Below, one piece after another: positions 47,263 through 56,705 of a stretch of DNA of 64,000 nt. Under the pieces are notes generated by a model. That model was not told where the DNA came from and ran no database searches. It saw only the letters and a list, made by a program, of their open reading frames with translations. Numbering within the stretch: the stretch's first letter is position 1; each line of letters begins with the position of its first letter. Origin of the DNA: a virus; the IMG/VR virus record IMGVR_UViG_3300037234_000438, positions 15,212 through 79,211 of that record, one strand, 5' to 3'. Made by a program: the position numbers and the translations under genes.

Positions 47263-47883
47263 GTGAGCGATTATTACGATATTTTGGGAGTTGGGGAAAA
47301 AGCTACACTTAAAGAAATCAAAAAGGCTCATAGGAAATTAGCTTTTAAATATCATCCCGACAAGAACAACCACGTTACAACTCGGGAATTTCTCGACATC
47401 CAGAGAGCCTACGAGGTTTTATCTAATCCTAAGTCTCGGGCAATGTACGACGAGCATGGTTTCGCTCAAACGGACGATCTATTTAGGAGAATGACGGAGC
47501 TTGCCGCAAGCGTAACGGCACATGTTCTCCTGAAAGAGCACGTCCAGCCTGATCTCTATATCAACGAGGTGGAGAGACAGCTCAAACATGCCCTCGATAA
47601 GCACGCCGAGAACCTCGAACAAATCAACGGGCAATACGAAACATTGGTGGCTCAGAAAGAAGTTCTTGAGCTAAAAAACAAGAACGGCCTGGACATTATG
47701 CGCATGGCCATTGATAATCTAATAAACGGGAGGCGGGCAGAGCTGTTAGTAGCCAAGCAACACGTTGATACTCACGAAGCCCTCTTAAAGCTTGTCGAGA
47801 AGTATGTGAAGGGAGAGGCCCCTAAAGCTGCACATGTTGTTTTTAATATAAACACTGGGTCAACCACAGGAGGTTGGGGATGA
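47263..47883 (+). CDS. J-domain (DnaJ-type) co-chaperone
   Basis: DYYDILGV..IKKA.RKLA.KYHPDKN..AYEVLS.P..R..YD. Confidence 0.9.
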   Translation: MSDYYDILGVGEKATLKEIKKAHRKLAFKYHPDKNNHVTTREFLDIQRAYEVLSNPKSRAMYDEHGFAQTDDLFRRMTELAASVTAHVLLKEHVQPDLYINEVERQLKHALDKHAENLEQINGQYETLVAQKEVLELKNKNGLDIMRMAIDNLINGRRAELLVAKQHVDTHEALLKLVEKYVKGEAPKAAHVVFNINTGSTTGGWG

Positions 47884-48146
47884 ATCGAAAAGACGTCGCG
47901 TTCGAGGTTGCCGATAGGCTGGGCGAGAAGCAGACAACTGTTCGGCGCTTCATGGATCAGATCTTCGATGTGATCAGGGAGAGCCTGTCGGACAATGAGA
48001 CTGTAAAAATCAGAGGATTCGGAACGTTTAAGCCTACAGTGCTTACTGCCAGGCCAGCGAAAAGACTGCCTACAGGAGCAAAAGTCTTTGTGCCAGAGAG
48101 GATAGTGCCTAAGTTTGTTCCGTCGTCTGAGTTTGATGAATTGTGA
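47874..48146 (+). CDS. HU/IHF-family DNA-binding protein
   Basis: V.IRGFGTF...AR.....TG....P...PKF.PS. Confidence 0.88.
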   Translation: MGMNRKDVAFEVADRLGEKQTTVRRFMDQIFDVIRESLSDNETVKIRGFGTFKPTVLTARPAKRLPTGAKVFVPERIVPKFVPSSEFDEL

Positions 48147-48262
48147 CTGTTTTGGCTAAATGGCTGGCTGAGTAGTGAAAAGGAGGGTTGAAATGTTGAG
48201 AAGATTACTTGAAAAATTAAAGAACGTGTGTGGCCAGTCCGAATTTCAGCGTGTGGCTATAC
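48141..48262 (-). mobile_element. degenerate attC-like site
   Basis: Minus strand GTATAGC-CACAC-GCTGAAATTCGGACTGGC...GCCAGCCATTTAGCC-AAACA-GTCACAA; both R boxes mutated. Confidence 0.5.
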
Positions 48263-48471
48263 GTTTTGACCCACAAGAGCTTGTGATTTACAACGCAGAA
48301 GTGTCACGAGGGATAGTGCATTCTGCGGAATTTAAGGAAAGAATGGCCGTGTTGCAAAAAAGATTTGACGAAGAAATGGAGCAGTATTGCGAAAAAAACA
48401 ACCTCACAAAAATACCTTTTATTCTCGGTGAAAGGACGGGCACTATTTGTGAATATCAAGAAAGTAAATGA
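48175..48471 (+). CDS. hypothetical protein starting inside an attC-like site
   Basis: ORF track; AGGAGG RBS. Confidence 0.55.
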   Translation: MKRRVEMLRRLLEKLKNVCGQSEFQRVAIRFDPQELVIYNAEVSRGIVHSAEFKERMAVLQKRFDEEMEQYCEKNNLTKIPFILGERTGTICEYQESK

Positions 48472-48484
48472 ATGGATTGCGTGA

Positions 48485-48542
48485 GCATAACGGAAGGAAA
48501 TAAACTGCGCGGAACGCGTCTGCTTGATTGGAGTGGTTATGA
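48485..48542 (-). mobile_element. compact 58-bp attC-like site
   Basis: Minus strand TCATAAC-CACTC-CAATCAAGCAGAC...GCAGTTTATTT-CCTTCC-GTTATGC. Confidence 0.75.
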
Positions 48543-48566
48543 GGCGCGATTATTAACGGAGGGCAT

Positions 48567-49246
48567 ATGACAGAAAGCGAAATAAATATAATAGCAGAGA
48601 AGGCCGCCGACATCGTAACGAAACGGATAGAGGGCGGGAAGATAGAGTTGACCGAGAAGTTAATTGACTTGTTATGGAGTGCGCCACTTCCTAAAGCGCA
48701 AGAAGATTACAAAAAAGAGCTGGCCGGCAAAACATGCGGTGAGATATTTGAGACCTTGCTATGAGCTGGAACTGTAAGAAATGTGGACAAACAAATGTGG
48801 ACTGGTCAAACACTTGCGGAAGATGTGACGCTGACGAGTCGGGAGTGGCCAAGGTTACGATAGTGCTGGCTGAAGGTGAGGCGGCATTACTTGTTAACGC
48901 TTTGCAAAACCATCAAGATTGTGGTCCGGCAGGAGAGGGTTGGAAGTCACCAGAGTTGGAGGCTCTCCTCTCGAAAATTGAAAATCAGATAAGGTAGGGG
49001 AGGCGCCTAATGTTAGACACCACGTTCAAGCAAAACTTTACATTCAATTCTGTGGCTGGGACATTAATCAAAAGCCACAAAGATAGTAAATTTACAAGGT
49101 TCCACTTAAATAGCTCGCTCGCTACTAGGTTTTTCGATGCAGACAACCCAAGAATTGGGGAGGTAAATATAGTGGTCCTGCAGGTGATGCTCTGTGCTAA
49201 AGAGCAGTTTTTAGCGGAGTACATAGACGCTAAGGATGGGAGTTAG
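48567..49246 (+). CDS. three small hypothetical genes (48567-48764, 48761-48997 Zn-finger, 49010-49246)
   Basis: ORF track; RBSs and overlaps. Confidence 0.55.
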
Positions 49247-49248
49247 GC

Positions 49249-51618
49249 ATGCAGACCAAAAACAACATCGAAGATAAGGAGTGGATCAGCGCCAAGGCGT
49301 ATGCCAAGAAGTATGACCGTCCCCTCTCGACGGTTAGAGACTGGATAAAAAAAGGCTTCTTAACGGGCAAGAAACTCCAGACTGAATTATCCAACAACAC
49401 GTACTATCAGATCCCAGACGCGCCGCCGGAGCAACATCCGAATTTCCACAAGAAAAAAGCGGCCAAAAAGTCTACCGGAAAAGCGTACGTGAGGAAGGCT
49501 AAGCGGAATAAGCAGGACGTCGATCAGGTCACATTAGACGGGCGCAAGAAAAAGCTAGAGCCGTACCTGAAGTTATTCAAAGAGAAGGCTCCTGAAGAGA
49601 AGATGTTCTTCCTGAGCCAGGACGTCAAGAAGATTTTGGGCATTACCAACGCGGAACTTTATGACCGATGGAAGAAGTGGGGCCTGAAGAGGTACAAACT
49701 TCCAGCGAAAACTGGCGAAACGATTGCTGGGGGTGGTAGGGCTAGTAACTATGTCTACTCAAGAAACGAGCTTATCAGGTTCCTCTCTGGTGACTGGGAT
49801 AAAGAGGTTCCGAAGAATGACGTCGATGACAAGCTCATCAGGCAAATGCTCGGCAAGGAAGATGACTATCAGGACGGCTGGTATCACTATGAGCCCTCCA
49901 AGGTCTATCCTTTCGACGGGGACGGGTTTATTCAGTGGATTAAAGATAAGAATGTTCAAAGAAAAGACCTTCGCGTTAACCGCTGGGTTCCGATAGAGTT
50001 GTGGGATCATCAGATTAAGTTTGTTAAGGAAGCTTTCAAGCTGAAACCAAGTGGAGACTATTGGTACAATCTGATCGTCGCATGCTGGGAAAGAGGAGAA
50101 AGTAAAACTTTTACGATAGCTTTGATGGTCATTTTCCGCTTCTTTAACCGGTTCGGAGAAGTCATTAACTTGGCCAGCGAAAGCAAAGAACTTGCCTCTT
50201 TCATTCACTACAACCTAATCAAGGGAATCATAAACAACACTCCTGAGTTAGCAAAGACTCCAGGGCTTGACGTTAAGGAAAAGGAGATTGCCCTTCTCCG
50301 GGGGCCAGGTGATCCGGTGTGCGTAATGAAAGCAGTACCTACATCTTCCGGCCTTCTACCTGGAACAACATGTGCTGTCTTCACTGAGCTTCACAAGTTC
50401 AAAGACAGGCAGTTTTTTATCGACTTCTGGTCGTCTACGAGAGCGACGCCCAACGCCATGACACTCGTTGATACTACTGTGGCGACCAAGGGACATATTG
50501 TTTACTCTCTATGGGAGACATATTGCTCAGGAGAAGATCCCCTTCTCTACTTCGATCACAAACAAGACGATATCAGGAACCCTGAGACCACTCCTGAGCA
50601 GCTCAATAGCTTTAAGAGGCAGATGCTCCCGCAAGAGTACGCCATGTACTTCAGAAACAGGTGGGAGGATGCACTTGGAAGCCTGTTTTTTCCTAATGCT
50701 GTCAAGAAAATTGGCCTGGCTGGGGTCAAGGTTGACAATACGGAGGTCCTTGGCCAATCCAAAGAACTCGATGAGGCCTTGCTGGAGCTGGATGATTTAA
50801 AGCAGGAGAGAGCCGACCTTGTCAGGGCTGAAATATCAGCCACGGTTATTACGGACAGAATCGATGCTATTGAGTCCAGCCTAATTACCATGGACAGCCT
50901 ATATAAGATACCAGCTACCAGAGAGGACCTTGATATGCTGCAAAAGAAGTTCGGAGTCGGACTGATGATTGGTGTAGGGCTTGACCGGTCAAAGCTCATA
51001 GGTAATATGCCCGACAGAACTGTGCTCTCATGTGTCGCCAGAGGGATTGTCGATGAAAATCTGTCGATTTATTTCTTGCTTGATATTTTTATCCCTAACG
51101 CACCAAAATCAATGTTCCTCCAGGATAAACTTATCGAGTGGGAGTTGGAGTACGATTACATCGACAAGGTAACGTCGGAGGAATACCAGGCTCAAGATTT
51201 CCACTTATGGCTAGAGGATCAAGGCTACGAGTCGGAGTTCGTCTCAGCCACATACAAAAAACAAGAGGAGCTTTTCACTTTGAGTGGCCACATAATTAAC
51301 GATGGAAACCTAAAATCTCCAACTATCCCGTATTATCTTGACGACAACGGAGATTCCCGGATGGGGTATTCAAACAGGAATGACATTTTCACAGAAGAGC
51401 TGGGAGTATTTATATTTGATCCATCCAAGAGAAGTTTTGGCGCCCCAGAAAAAAGAAAGAAGTCGGCGCCTAAAGATGATTGCGTGTATTCTGTTTCTTG
51501 GGCCATTTACGCATGTCAAGGTGAGGATCTCGCCGACATTAAGGCCCGAGCTTTGAATGCATCAGGCGACTTTATAGAAATTATTCCCGGAAATAACATG
51601 ATTGGAGACTACAGATGA
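49249..51618 (+). CDS. terL: terminase large subunit with about 200-aa N-terminal double-HTH extension
   Basis: ELWDHQ; variant Walker A WERGESKT; variant Walker B FTELH; nuclease GLD..DRT..KDDCVYS. Confidence 0.75.
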   Translation: MQTKNNIEDKEWISAKAYAKKYDRPLSTVRDWIKKGFLTGKKLQTELSNNTYYQIPDAPPEQHPNFHKKKAAKKSTGKAYVRKAKRNKQDVDQVTLDGRKKKLEPYLKLFKEKAPEEKMFFLSQDVKKILGITNAELYDRWKKWGLKRYKLPAKTGETIAGGGRASNYVYSRNELIRFLSGDWDKEVPKNDVDDKLIRQMLGKEDDYQDGWYHYEPSKVYPFDGDGFIQWIKDKNVQRKDLRVNRWVPIELWDHQIKFVKEAFKLKPSGDYWYNLIVACWERGESKTFTIALMVIFRFFNRFGEVINLASESKELASFIHYNLIKGIINNTPELAKTPGLDVKEKEIALLRGPGDPVCVMKAVPTSSGLLPGTTCAVFTELHKFKDRQFFIDFWSSTRATPNAMTLVDTTVATKGHIVYSLWETYCSGEDPLLYFDHKQDDIRNPETTPEQLNSFKRQMLPQEYAMYFRNRWEDALGSLFFPNAVKKIGLAGVKVDNTEVLGQSKELDEALLELDDLKQERADLVRAEISATVITDRIDAIESSLITMDSLYKIPATREDLDMLQKKFGVGLMIGVGLDRSKLIGNMPDRTVLSCVARGIVDENLSIYFLLDIFIPNAPKSMFLQDKLIEWELEYDYIDKVTSEEYQAQDFHLWLEDQGYESEFVSATYKKQEELFTLSGHIINDGNLKSPTIPYYLDDNGDSRMGYSNRNDIFTEELGVFIFDPSKRSFGAPEKRKKSAPKDDCVYSVSWAIYACQGEDLADIKARALNASGDFIEIIPGNNMIGDYR

Positions 51619-51920
51619 CGGATATATTTTCTGGAAAAGAGTTTGATTTTAGTGAAGAAATCTTAGAGATTAAAGTATCTAGCGTTCTACGTGATCTACC
51701 GGAAGAGGGCAGATCGATTCTGTTAAGGCGGATATTGGGCCCGTTGTTGGTCGAGGGCATATTGACTTTAAGAGAGTCGGCGTTTTTCTTCCTCGTTTCG
51801 GCCAAAGAGGCCAGCGAGGCCCAGATTGCTCGCGACTTTAATTGCAACATCAGTACGGTTTATAAGATTGTGAGTAAGGCTGAGGATAAAATAAAGAGAT
51901 ATCGGAAAGGAGGAATGTGA
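51615..51920 (+). CDS. sigma70 region-4-like HTH protein (possible late regulator)
   Basis: LT.RE...SEAQIARDFN...STV...SKA..KI. Confidence 0.6.
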   Translation: MTDIFSGKEFDFSEEILEIKVSSVLRDLPEEGRSILLRRILGPLLVEGILTLRESAFFFLVSAKEASEAQIARDFNCNISTVYKIVSKAEDKIKRYRKGGM

Positions 51921-52081
51921 TGAAGGCAGCGAAGGTTCACAAGCTCAACAAGCTGGCTCGCGAATTGGCAGGGTCTAGCGAAATGCAGGAGCAGTTCAAG
52001 GATGTTAGTGGCGAAAAGTTGCTCTACAAGGTAAGAAAGCGTCTTAAGAAATTATACAAGGCCGGAGTGCTGAAGGTATGA
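51920..52081 (+). CDS. 53-aa basic protein (not in ORF track)
   Basis: AGGAGG RBS; overlaps neighbours at both ends. Confidence 0.6.
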   Translation: MKAAKVHKLNKLARELAGSSEMQEQFKDVSGEKLLYKVRKRLKKLYKAGVLKV

Positions 52082-52371
52082 GCGATGCGGTCATAGAGAA
52101 TCTGAGAGCAGAGGTCAATTTTTATAGAGATGGCATCGAGGTGGCCATTAAAGCTCTCGACAGCGACAGTCCCGTAGGTAAAAAGCTAAGCAGGGTTCTC
52201 GCGCTGGCCAGATACCAGCCTGTTCCATGCAGGAGATGTGGCCGCATGTTAAGATCGCGCAATTCAATAAAGGCAGGTTTCGGGGCCACATGCCATAAGC
52301 TTTACGCGAGCGAAGCTCAAGATAATTTCAGCCTCAAAGGTGACTATGAAAAAAGCAAAGAAACGCCTTGA
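52078..52371 (+). CDS. DUF6011-like zinc-finger protein
   Basis: CRRCGR.L....SI..GFG..C. Confidence 0.7.
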   Translation: MSDAVIENLRAEVNFYRDGIEVAIKALDSDSPVGKKLSRVLALARYQPVPCRRCGRMLRSRNSIKAGFGATCHKLYASEAQDNFSLKGDYEKSKETP

Positions 52372-52972
52372 TCTTCTTTTTGATGATGGCGACGCATACA
52401 GCCATGAAGATCTCGTCGAGCTTTGGCATATATTCAGATACGCGAAACAGTTTGCGTGCTTTGGTGATGTCTGTGACCGGATATCTGCATTCTCCGTGTC
52501 GCCTGACGATGTAGGTTTTGTAGATGTTGAGTGTAAGAATTCTATGGCTAAAAACGGCTCAAGTTACTGGTTGGAGACTATTGAGATGCCTCGATGGTTT
52601 CCAGATACCGAAATATATTAACGGTTTAATTATTTAAAGGAGAAACGCATGAATGAAGGCAAAGAAATGGGCGAGCCTAAATTGCAAACAGCGCAAGACG
52701 CACTCGCAGAGAATCCAGAGCAAGACACCATCAATATTAAATATTCACCCGGTGGCAACAACTATGTCGAAATCAACGGAGAAAAGGTTGAATGCCTGTC
52801 TCGCCTAACTGTTGATATCAATGCAATGAAGCTACCGACAGTGCATATAGATTTCGAGCCTCTTTGTGTTGCGATTGAAACCCAAGGGACAGTCTCTTTC
52901 GATAAAACAGGCATCCCGGAAACAATTGCCAGAAAAGTATACGAAATACTCAAGGAGAGGTTTGAAGGTTAA
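52340..52972 (+). CDS. two hypothetical genes (52340-52621, 52649-52972)
   Basis: ORF track; RBSs. Confidence 0.55.
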
Positions 52973-53001
52973 TTGCTCACTGTCTTAATCTAGGGGGAAC
53001 G

Positions 53002-53277
53002 ATGTTTCCGAAGCCAACGCGATTCAAATGCGAACGATACCTTGACTTCATAAGGTCGCTCCCTTGTTGCAACTGTGGTAAAAAATCAGACCCTCATCAC
53101 ACTAAAACAAGGGGCTCTGGCGGAAGCGACCTAACGGCGATACCATGCTGCCGTGAGTGCCACACAGAGGGCGGCTATTCTTGGGTGAAGTTCCAAGAGA
53201 AACACAGCATAGATTTTAAAGAAATAATGATCGACTGTTTACAGAAATTTATAGAGAAGGAGGTATGCAATGGTTGA
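53002..53277 (+). CDS. DUF968/HNH-like zinc-binding protein
   Basis: YL.FIRSLPCC.CG....HH...SD...IP.CR.CH. Confidence 0.7.
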   Translation: MFPKPTRFKCERYLDFIRSLPCCNCGKKSDPHHTKTRGSGGSDLTAIPCCRECHTEGGYSWVKFQEKHSIDFKEIMIDCLQKFIEKEVCNG

Positions 53278-53485
53278 TACAGAACAGCTCTTAAAGTTTT
53301 CACTGTACGCTGTGGTTATGTGCGTGATAAACGCGCTCTTTGTTTATGTGGCAATTAACTACATTGGTGCCAGAGGCGACTTTCTGGACTTCGAGGTCAC
53401 GTATTGTGAAGCAGTTTTTCTTGTTGCCGTAGTCAATCTCGCAAAGCTGGAGAGAACGCTTGATCTTTTTAAGGAGAAGCCATGA
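53270..53485 (+). CDS. small membrane protein
   Basis: AGGAGG RBS; hydrophobic. Confidence 0.6.
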   Translation: MVDTEQLLKFSLYAVVMCVINALFVYVAINYIGARGDFLDFEVTYCEAVFLVAVVNLAKLERTLDLFKEKP

Positions 53486-53967
53486 ATAAACCCACAACGT
53501 TCACCGGAGCAACGTGGTCTCCAGACCGCAAGCACAGATACACTCTCTGGAGGACATGGGACACCAAGAAGCCTTATGTGATGTTTATTGGGCTCAATCC
53601 ATCCACGGCAGATGAGGTCTCGGATGACAATACTGTTAGAAGATGCATCAATTACGCAAAGGACTGGGGATATGGAGCCCTCTGCATGACAAATATATTC
53701 GCCTACAGGGCTACTGATCCGAAAGTGATGAAGGCACAGGAAGATCCAGTTGGCGAAGAGAACGATAAGTCTCTCATCGAATGCGCAAAAGACGCCGGTG
53801 TTATTATTGCTGCATGGGGCACTCATGGCAGTTATTTGGGTAGGAATGATGAGGTGATCCGTCTTCTAGGAAAACTTTACTGTCTTAAGAAAACGAAAGA
53901 CGGGCATCCGGGACATCCGTTATATTTAAAGAAAGATTTGAAGCCTGTTTTATTTCAAGGGCGATAA
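53482..53967 (+). CDS. DUF1643-family protein
   Basis: RY.L.R.W; MFIGLNPSTAD..D.T.RRC; N.FA.RATDP; AAWG; HPLY. Confidence 0.85.
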   Translation: MNKPTTFTGATWSPDRKHRYTLWRTWDTKKPYVMFIGLNPSTADEVSDDNTVRRCINYAKDWGYGALCMTNIFAYRATDPKVMKAQEDPVGEENDKSLIECAKDAGVIIAAWGTHGSYLGRNDEVIRLLGKLYCLKKTKDGHPGHPLYLKKDLKPVLFQGR

Positions 53968-53977
53968 TCGGAGAGTT

Positions 53978-54335
53978 ATGACAGCCTACAACTGTGGAGT
54001 CTTGAATTGCGGCGATGGCGAATGCGTACATGAATTGCTGGACGTATCGTGCCCTTACTGTGGTAAACCGATGGTCGAGGTGGCAACAACAGGATGGCGG
54101 TTTTGCTCCGCATGTGAGTACGAAGAATCTATAAACGAATCAATTGGAGGAGAACATGAGCTGGAGAAGAAGAGTATTGCGAAATCAAGAGAGAGCAGGG
54201 TTGATGTGTAGAAAGGTATTTACGTTCATAAGATGGGATGAGGCGGCGGCCTTTCTATCGAAACATCCAAAGGCGCTGGTAATGTCGAGAGGAAAGAATA
54301 TAAGGATAAAATGTTGGGTGCCGACGCATAAATAG
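53978..54335 (+). CDS. two small hypothetical genes (53978-54211 Cys-rich; about 54159-54335)
   Basis: ORF track. Confidence 0.5.
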
Positions 54336-54345
54336 GGAGGTTAAC

Positions 54346-55245
54346 GTGAAAGAGAAATTTATCGATTGGAAGCCCAGTAAGAAATCGCTAGAGCTTTTGG
54401 AGCATGTCGAGGAGATCGTCGAAGATTATCAGGGCCAAGGATACACGCTTACTCTTCGGCAGCTCTATTATCAGCTAGTGTCCAGGGGGCTTATTCCAAA
54501 CACGGTAAAGCAATATAACAGCATAGGAAACCTCGCGAGCAAGGCAAGGCTGGCTGGGATCGTTGACTGGAGTGCTATTGAGGATAGGGGTAGAAGTAGA
54601 AGCGCCAACGGCCACTGGGAACACCCGTCTGAGATCGTAAGGACGGCTATAGATAGCTACTACAAAGATCGATGGAAGAATCAAAGCGAGAGGATTGAGG
54701 TTTGGGTAGAAAAGGATGCCGTAAGCGGGATCATTCAGCCCGTTTGCTCGGAGTGGGATGTGCCGTTTATGGCGAACAAAGGCTACAGCTCGCAGACAGC
54801 TCTTTATGATGCTGCTCAAAGATTTCTATACACATACGGCCTGAGAAACGGCATGCCTGTTACTGTGATTTATCTCGGAGACCACGACCCTTCCGGGATT
54901 GACATGGTTAGAGATATCGAAGACAGACTGCGATTGTTTTTGGGTGAAGGCGGAGAGGGTTTTAATGTTGAGCGCGTGGCTCTCAATATGGATCAAGTGA
55001 ATCTTTATAATCCTCCTGAGAATCCGGCCAAAACTACCGATAGCAGGTTCGATAGTTATGCTAAGGTGTACGGTACATCATCGTGGGAGCTAGACGCTCT
55101 CGATCCGAAAGTTTTGTCCCAAGTCGTCGAAGACGCCATCTTTGAGCATCTCGACATGGATGAATTTGAAAGAGTGGCCGAGGAAGAGTCTGAAGAGAAA
55201 GACAAGCTTAGAGAGCTGTGTAAAGGGCTCGAGGAAGGATTTTAG
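54346..55245 (+). CDS. wHTH + Toprim protein (Topo VI-A/Spo11/JetD-like)
   Basis: TLRQLYYQLV; VWVEKDA; GYSS; YLGDHDPSG; WELDAL. Confidence 0.75.
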   Translation: MKEKFIDWKPSKKSLELLEHVEEIVEDYQGQGYTLTLRQLYYQLVSRGLIPNTVKQYNSIGNLASKARLAGIVDWSAIEDRGRSRSANGHWEHPSEIVRTAIDSYYKDRWKNQSERIEVWVEKDAVSGIIQPVCSEWDVPFMANKGYSSQTALYDAAQRFLYTYGLRNGMPVTVIYLGDHDPSGIDMVRDIEDRLRLFLGEGGEGFNVERVALNMDQVNLYNPPENPAKTTDSRFDSYAKVYGTSSWELDALDPKVLSQVVEDAIFEHLDMDEFERVAEEESEEKDKLRELCKGLEEGF

Positions 55246-55246
55246 G

Positions 55247-55462
55247 ATGAGCATAACTGAAAGGGATCTATTTTTAGCGGCAGCGCGGCTTGCGGCCGCA
55301 GTTTTGGCTAATCCTACATCGGGTTCGGTTGACGACCAATACAGCCAACAGCAAGCCATGGAAGTTGCCATTGCGTCCGTCAGGCTGGCGGCCAGCAATA
55401 AGGGGATATTTGTTCTCACGGAGCCCCTTGAGGAAGCGGTCTATAGGGCAACCAACCAATAA
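55247..55462 (+). CDS. small protein with tag B (EPLEEAVYRAT)
   Basis: ATG 55247 after previous stop. Confidence 0.65.
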   Translation: MSITERDLFLAAARLAAAVLANPTSGSVDDQYSQQQAMEVAIASVRLAASNKGIFVLTEPLEEAVYRATNQ

Positions 55463-55484
55463 ACATTTAATTAGGGAGAAGAAG

Positions 55485-55754
55485 ATGAGCGAAGAGAAGG
55501 TTGATTTTAAGTTTGGTCTCGGAGATGAAGTTAAGGATAGCATTACGGGATTCAAGGGGATTGTTACCGCCAGGACTCAGTGGCTACACGGTTGCAACGT
55601 ATACAGGGTTCAGCCGCAAGACCTGAAAGACGGCAAGAGGCTGGAGGTGGATCATTTTGACGAGCCTCAGCTTGAAGTTGTGGAAGAAGAGGTACACAAG
55701 GAGCACCGCAAGACAGGTGGCCCAGCGCATGAAGCAGTGATGACGAACAGATAA
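55485..55754 (+). CDS. SH3-like phage protein
   Basis: LGD.VKD.ITGF.G...R..WL.GC....VQP..FDE..L. Confidence 0.7.
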   Translation: MSEEKVDFKFGLGDEVKDSITGFKGIVTARTQWLHGCNVYRVQPQDLKDGKRLEVDHFDEPQLEVVEEEVHKEHRKTGGPAHEAVMTNR

Positions 55755-55775
55755 ACATTTAACCAGGAGGAAGCA

Positions 55776-56255
55776 ATGAAGAAAGACGAGAAAGCCAAAA
55801 ACGACGACGAACACGTCACGAGAGAAGAGTGTGAAAGAGAACTGTCTGTCAAGCTGAATGACAAAGAACTTATCAGCTATTCTAAAGAGCTGGCTCGCAA
55901 GCAGTGCGAGAAGGTCGAGAAGGACGAGCGAAAAAAGGAGATCATGGCAGAATACACCGCCGAACTAAAGAAATTCGACGCTGATATCGGTGTTCTGGCC
56001 AGAAAAGTCACCACAGGCCAAGAGCAGAGAACTGTCAAGTGCGTCTGGATTTTTGACTGGAAAGAGGGTGGTAAAAAACTCATCAGGACGGACACCGAAG
56101 AGGTCGTGAGGGAAGAGACTATTCAAGCCTCGGAGCGTCAGCAACACTTTGCGCTTGAGGAGCAAGCGAAGAAAGTCAAGGAGGCCTCTGACTTGAAAGA
56201 ACCCATAGGGGAATTGATAGACGAGAAGGTTGTTGACAAGCTAAGTGGCGACTGA
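55776..56255 (+). CDS. coiled-coil hypothetical protein
   Basis: AGGAGG RBS; G...R.V.C...R.DT.E.V..ERQ. Confidence 0.7.
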   Translation: MKKDEKAKNDDEHVTREECERELSVKLNDKELISYSKELARKQCEKVEKDERKKEIMAEYTAELKKFDADIGVLARKVTTGQEQRTVKCVWIFDWKEGGKKLIRTDTEEVVREETIQASERQQHFALEEQAKKVKEASDLKEPIGELIDEKVVDKLSGD

Positions 56256-56532
56256 CCTTGACAGCATAAATTCGAGCTCCTCTGAGATTTCGGAGGAGCT
56301 TACTTTCACTCTCAACATCTCGGATCTCCCGGATGTGCAGGTTGGAGATTATATCAGCGTAAGAGTGGAGGTAAACGGTGTCAATAGCAACATCATCAAG
56401 AGGTTCCTGGTGACGTCTCTGGCAGAGGATGCCGTAGCTGGGAACAAGGCGATAACTGCTAAATGTATCGAAACATATCCTGAAGAGTCTGAACTCGAAA
56501 AAGCGGTGAGGGAAGCGACGTGTCAAAGATAA
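56245..56532 (+). CDS. small protein resembling the gpJ hub barrel + tag B
   Basis: VGDYISV...RFLVTSLAE; ESELEKAVREAT. Confidence 0.65.
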   Translation: MATDLDSINSSSSEISEELTFTLNISDLPDVQVGDYISVRVEVNGVNSNIIKRFLVTSLAEDAVAGNKAITAKCIETYPEESELEKAVREATCQR

Positions 56533-56705
56533 AAACGATAATGGCCGGATGCTATAAGGTTGGTGATTGCGTCATATTTGGCGGTGAGAAGTTTGAGGTG
56601 ACGAAAATCATAAACCGCACCGCCATAGAGGTTGAACCCGCTCTGTCAGAACTAGAGAAAGCTGTAATGGAGGCGACAAATGAAGAAGAGAAGTGGCAAT
56701 CCTAG
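56520..56705 (+). CDS. small protein resembling the tail-tube insertion barrel + tag B
   Basis: VGDCV...VTKI...VEPAL; SELEKAVMEAT. Confidence 0.65.
   Translation: MSKIKTIMAGCYKVGDCVIFGGEKFEVTKIINRTAIEVEPALSELEKAVMEATNEEEKWQS

Noticed and set aside
52649-52972. Tail-tube-like segment (GEKV..LSRLTVD) as another mimic
   Set aside because: Weak similarity and no clear tag; cannot be supported without a profile search.
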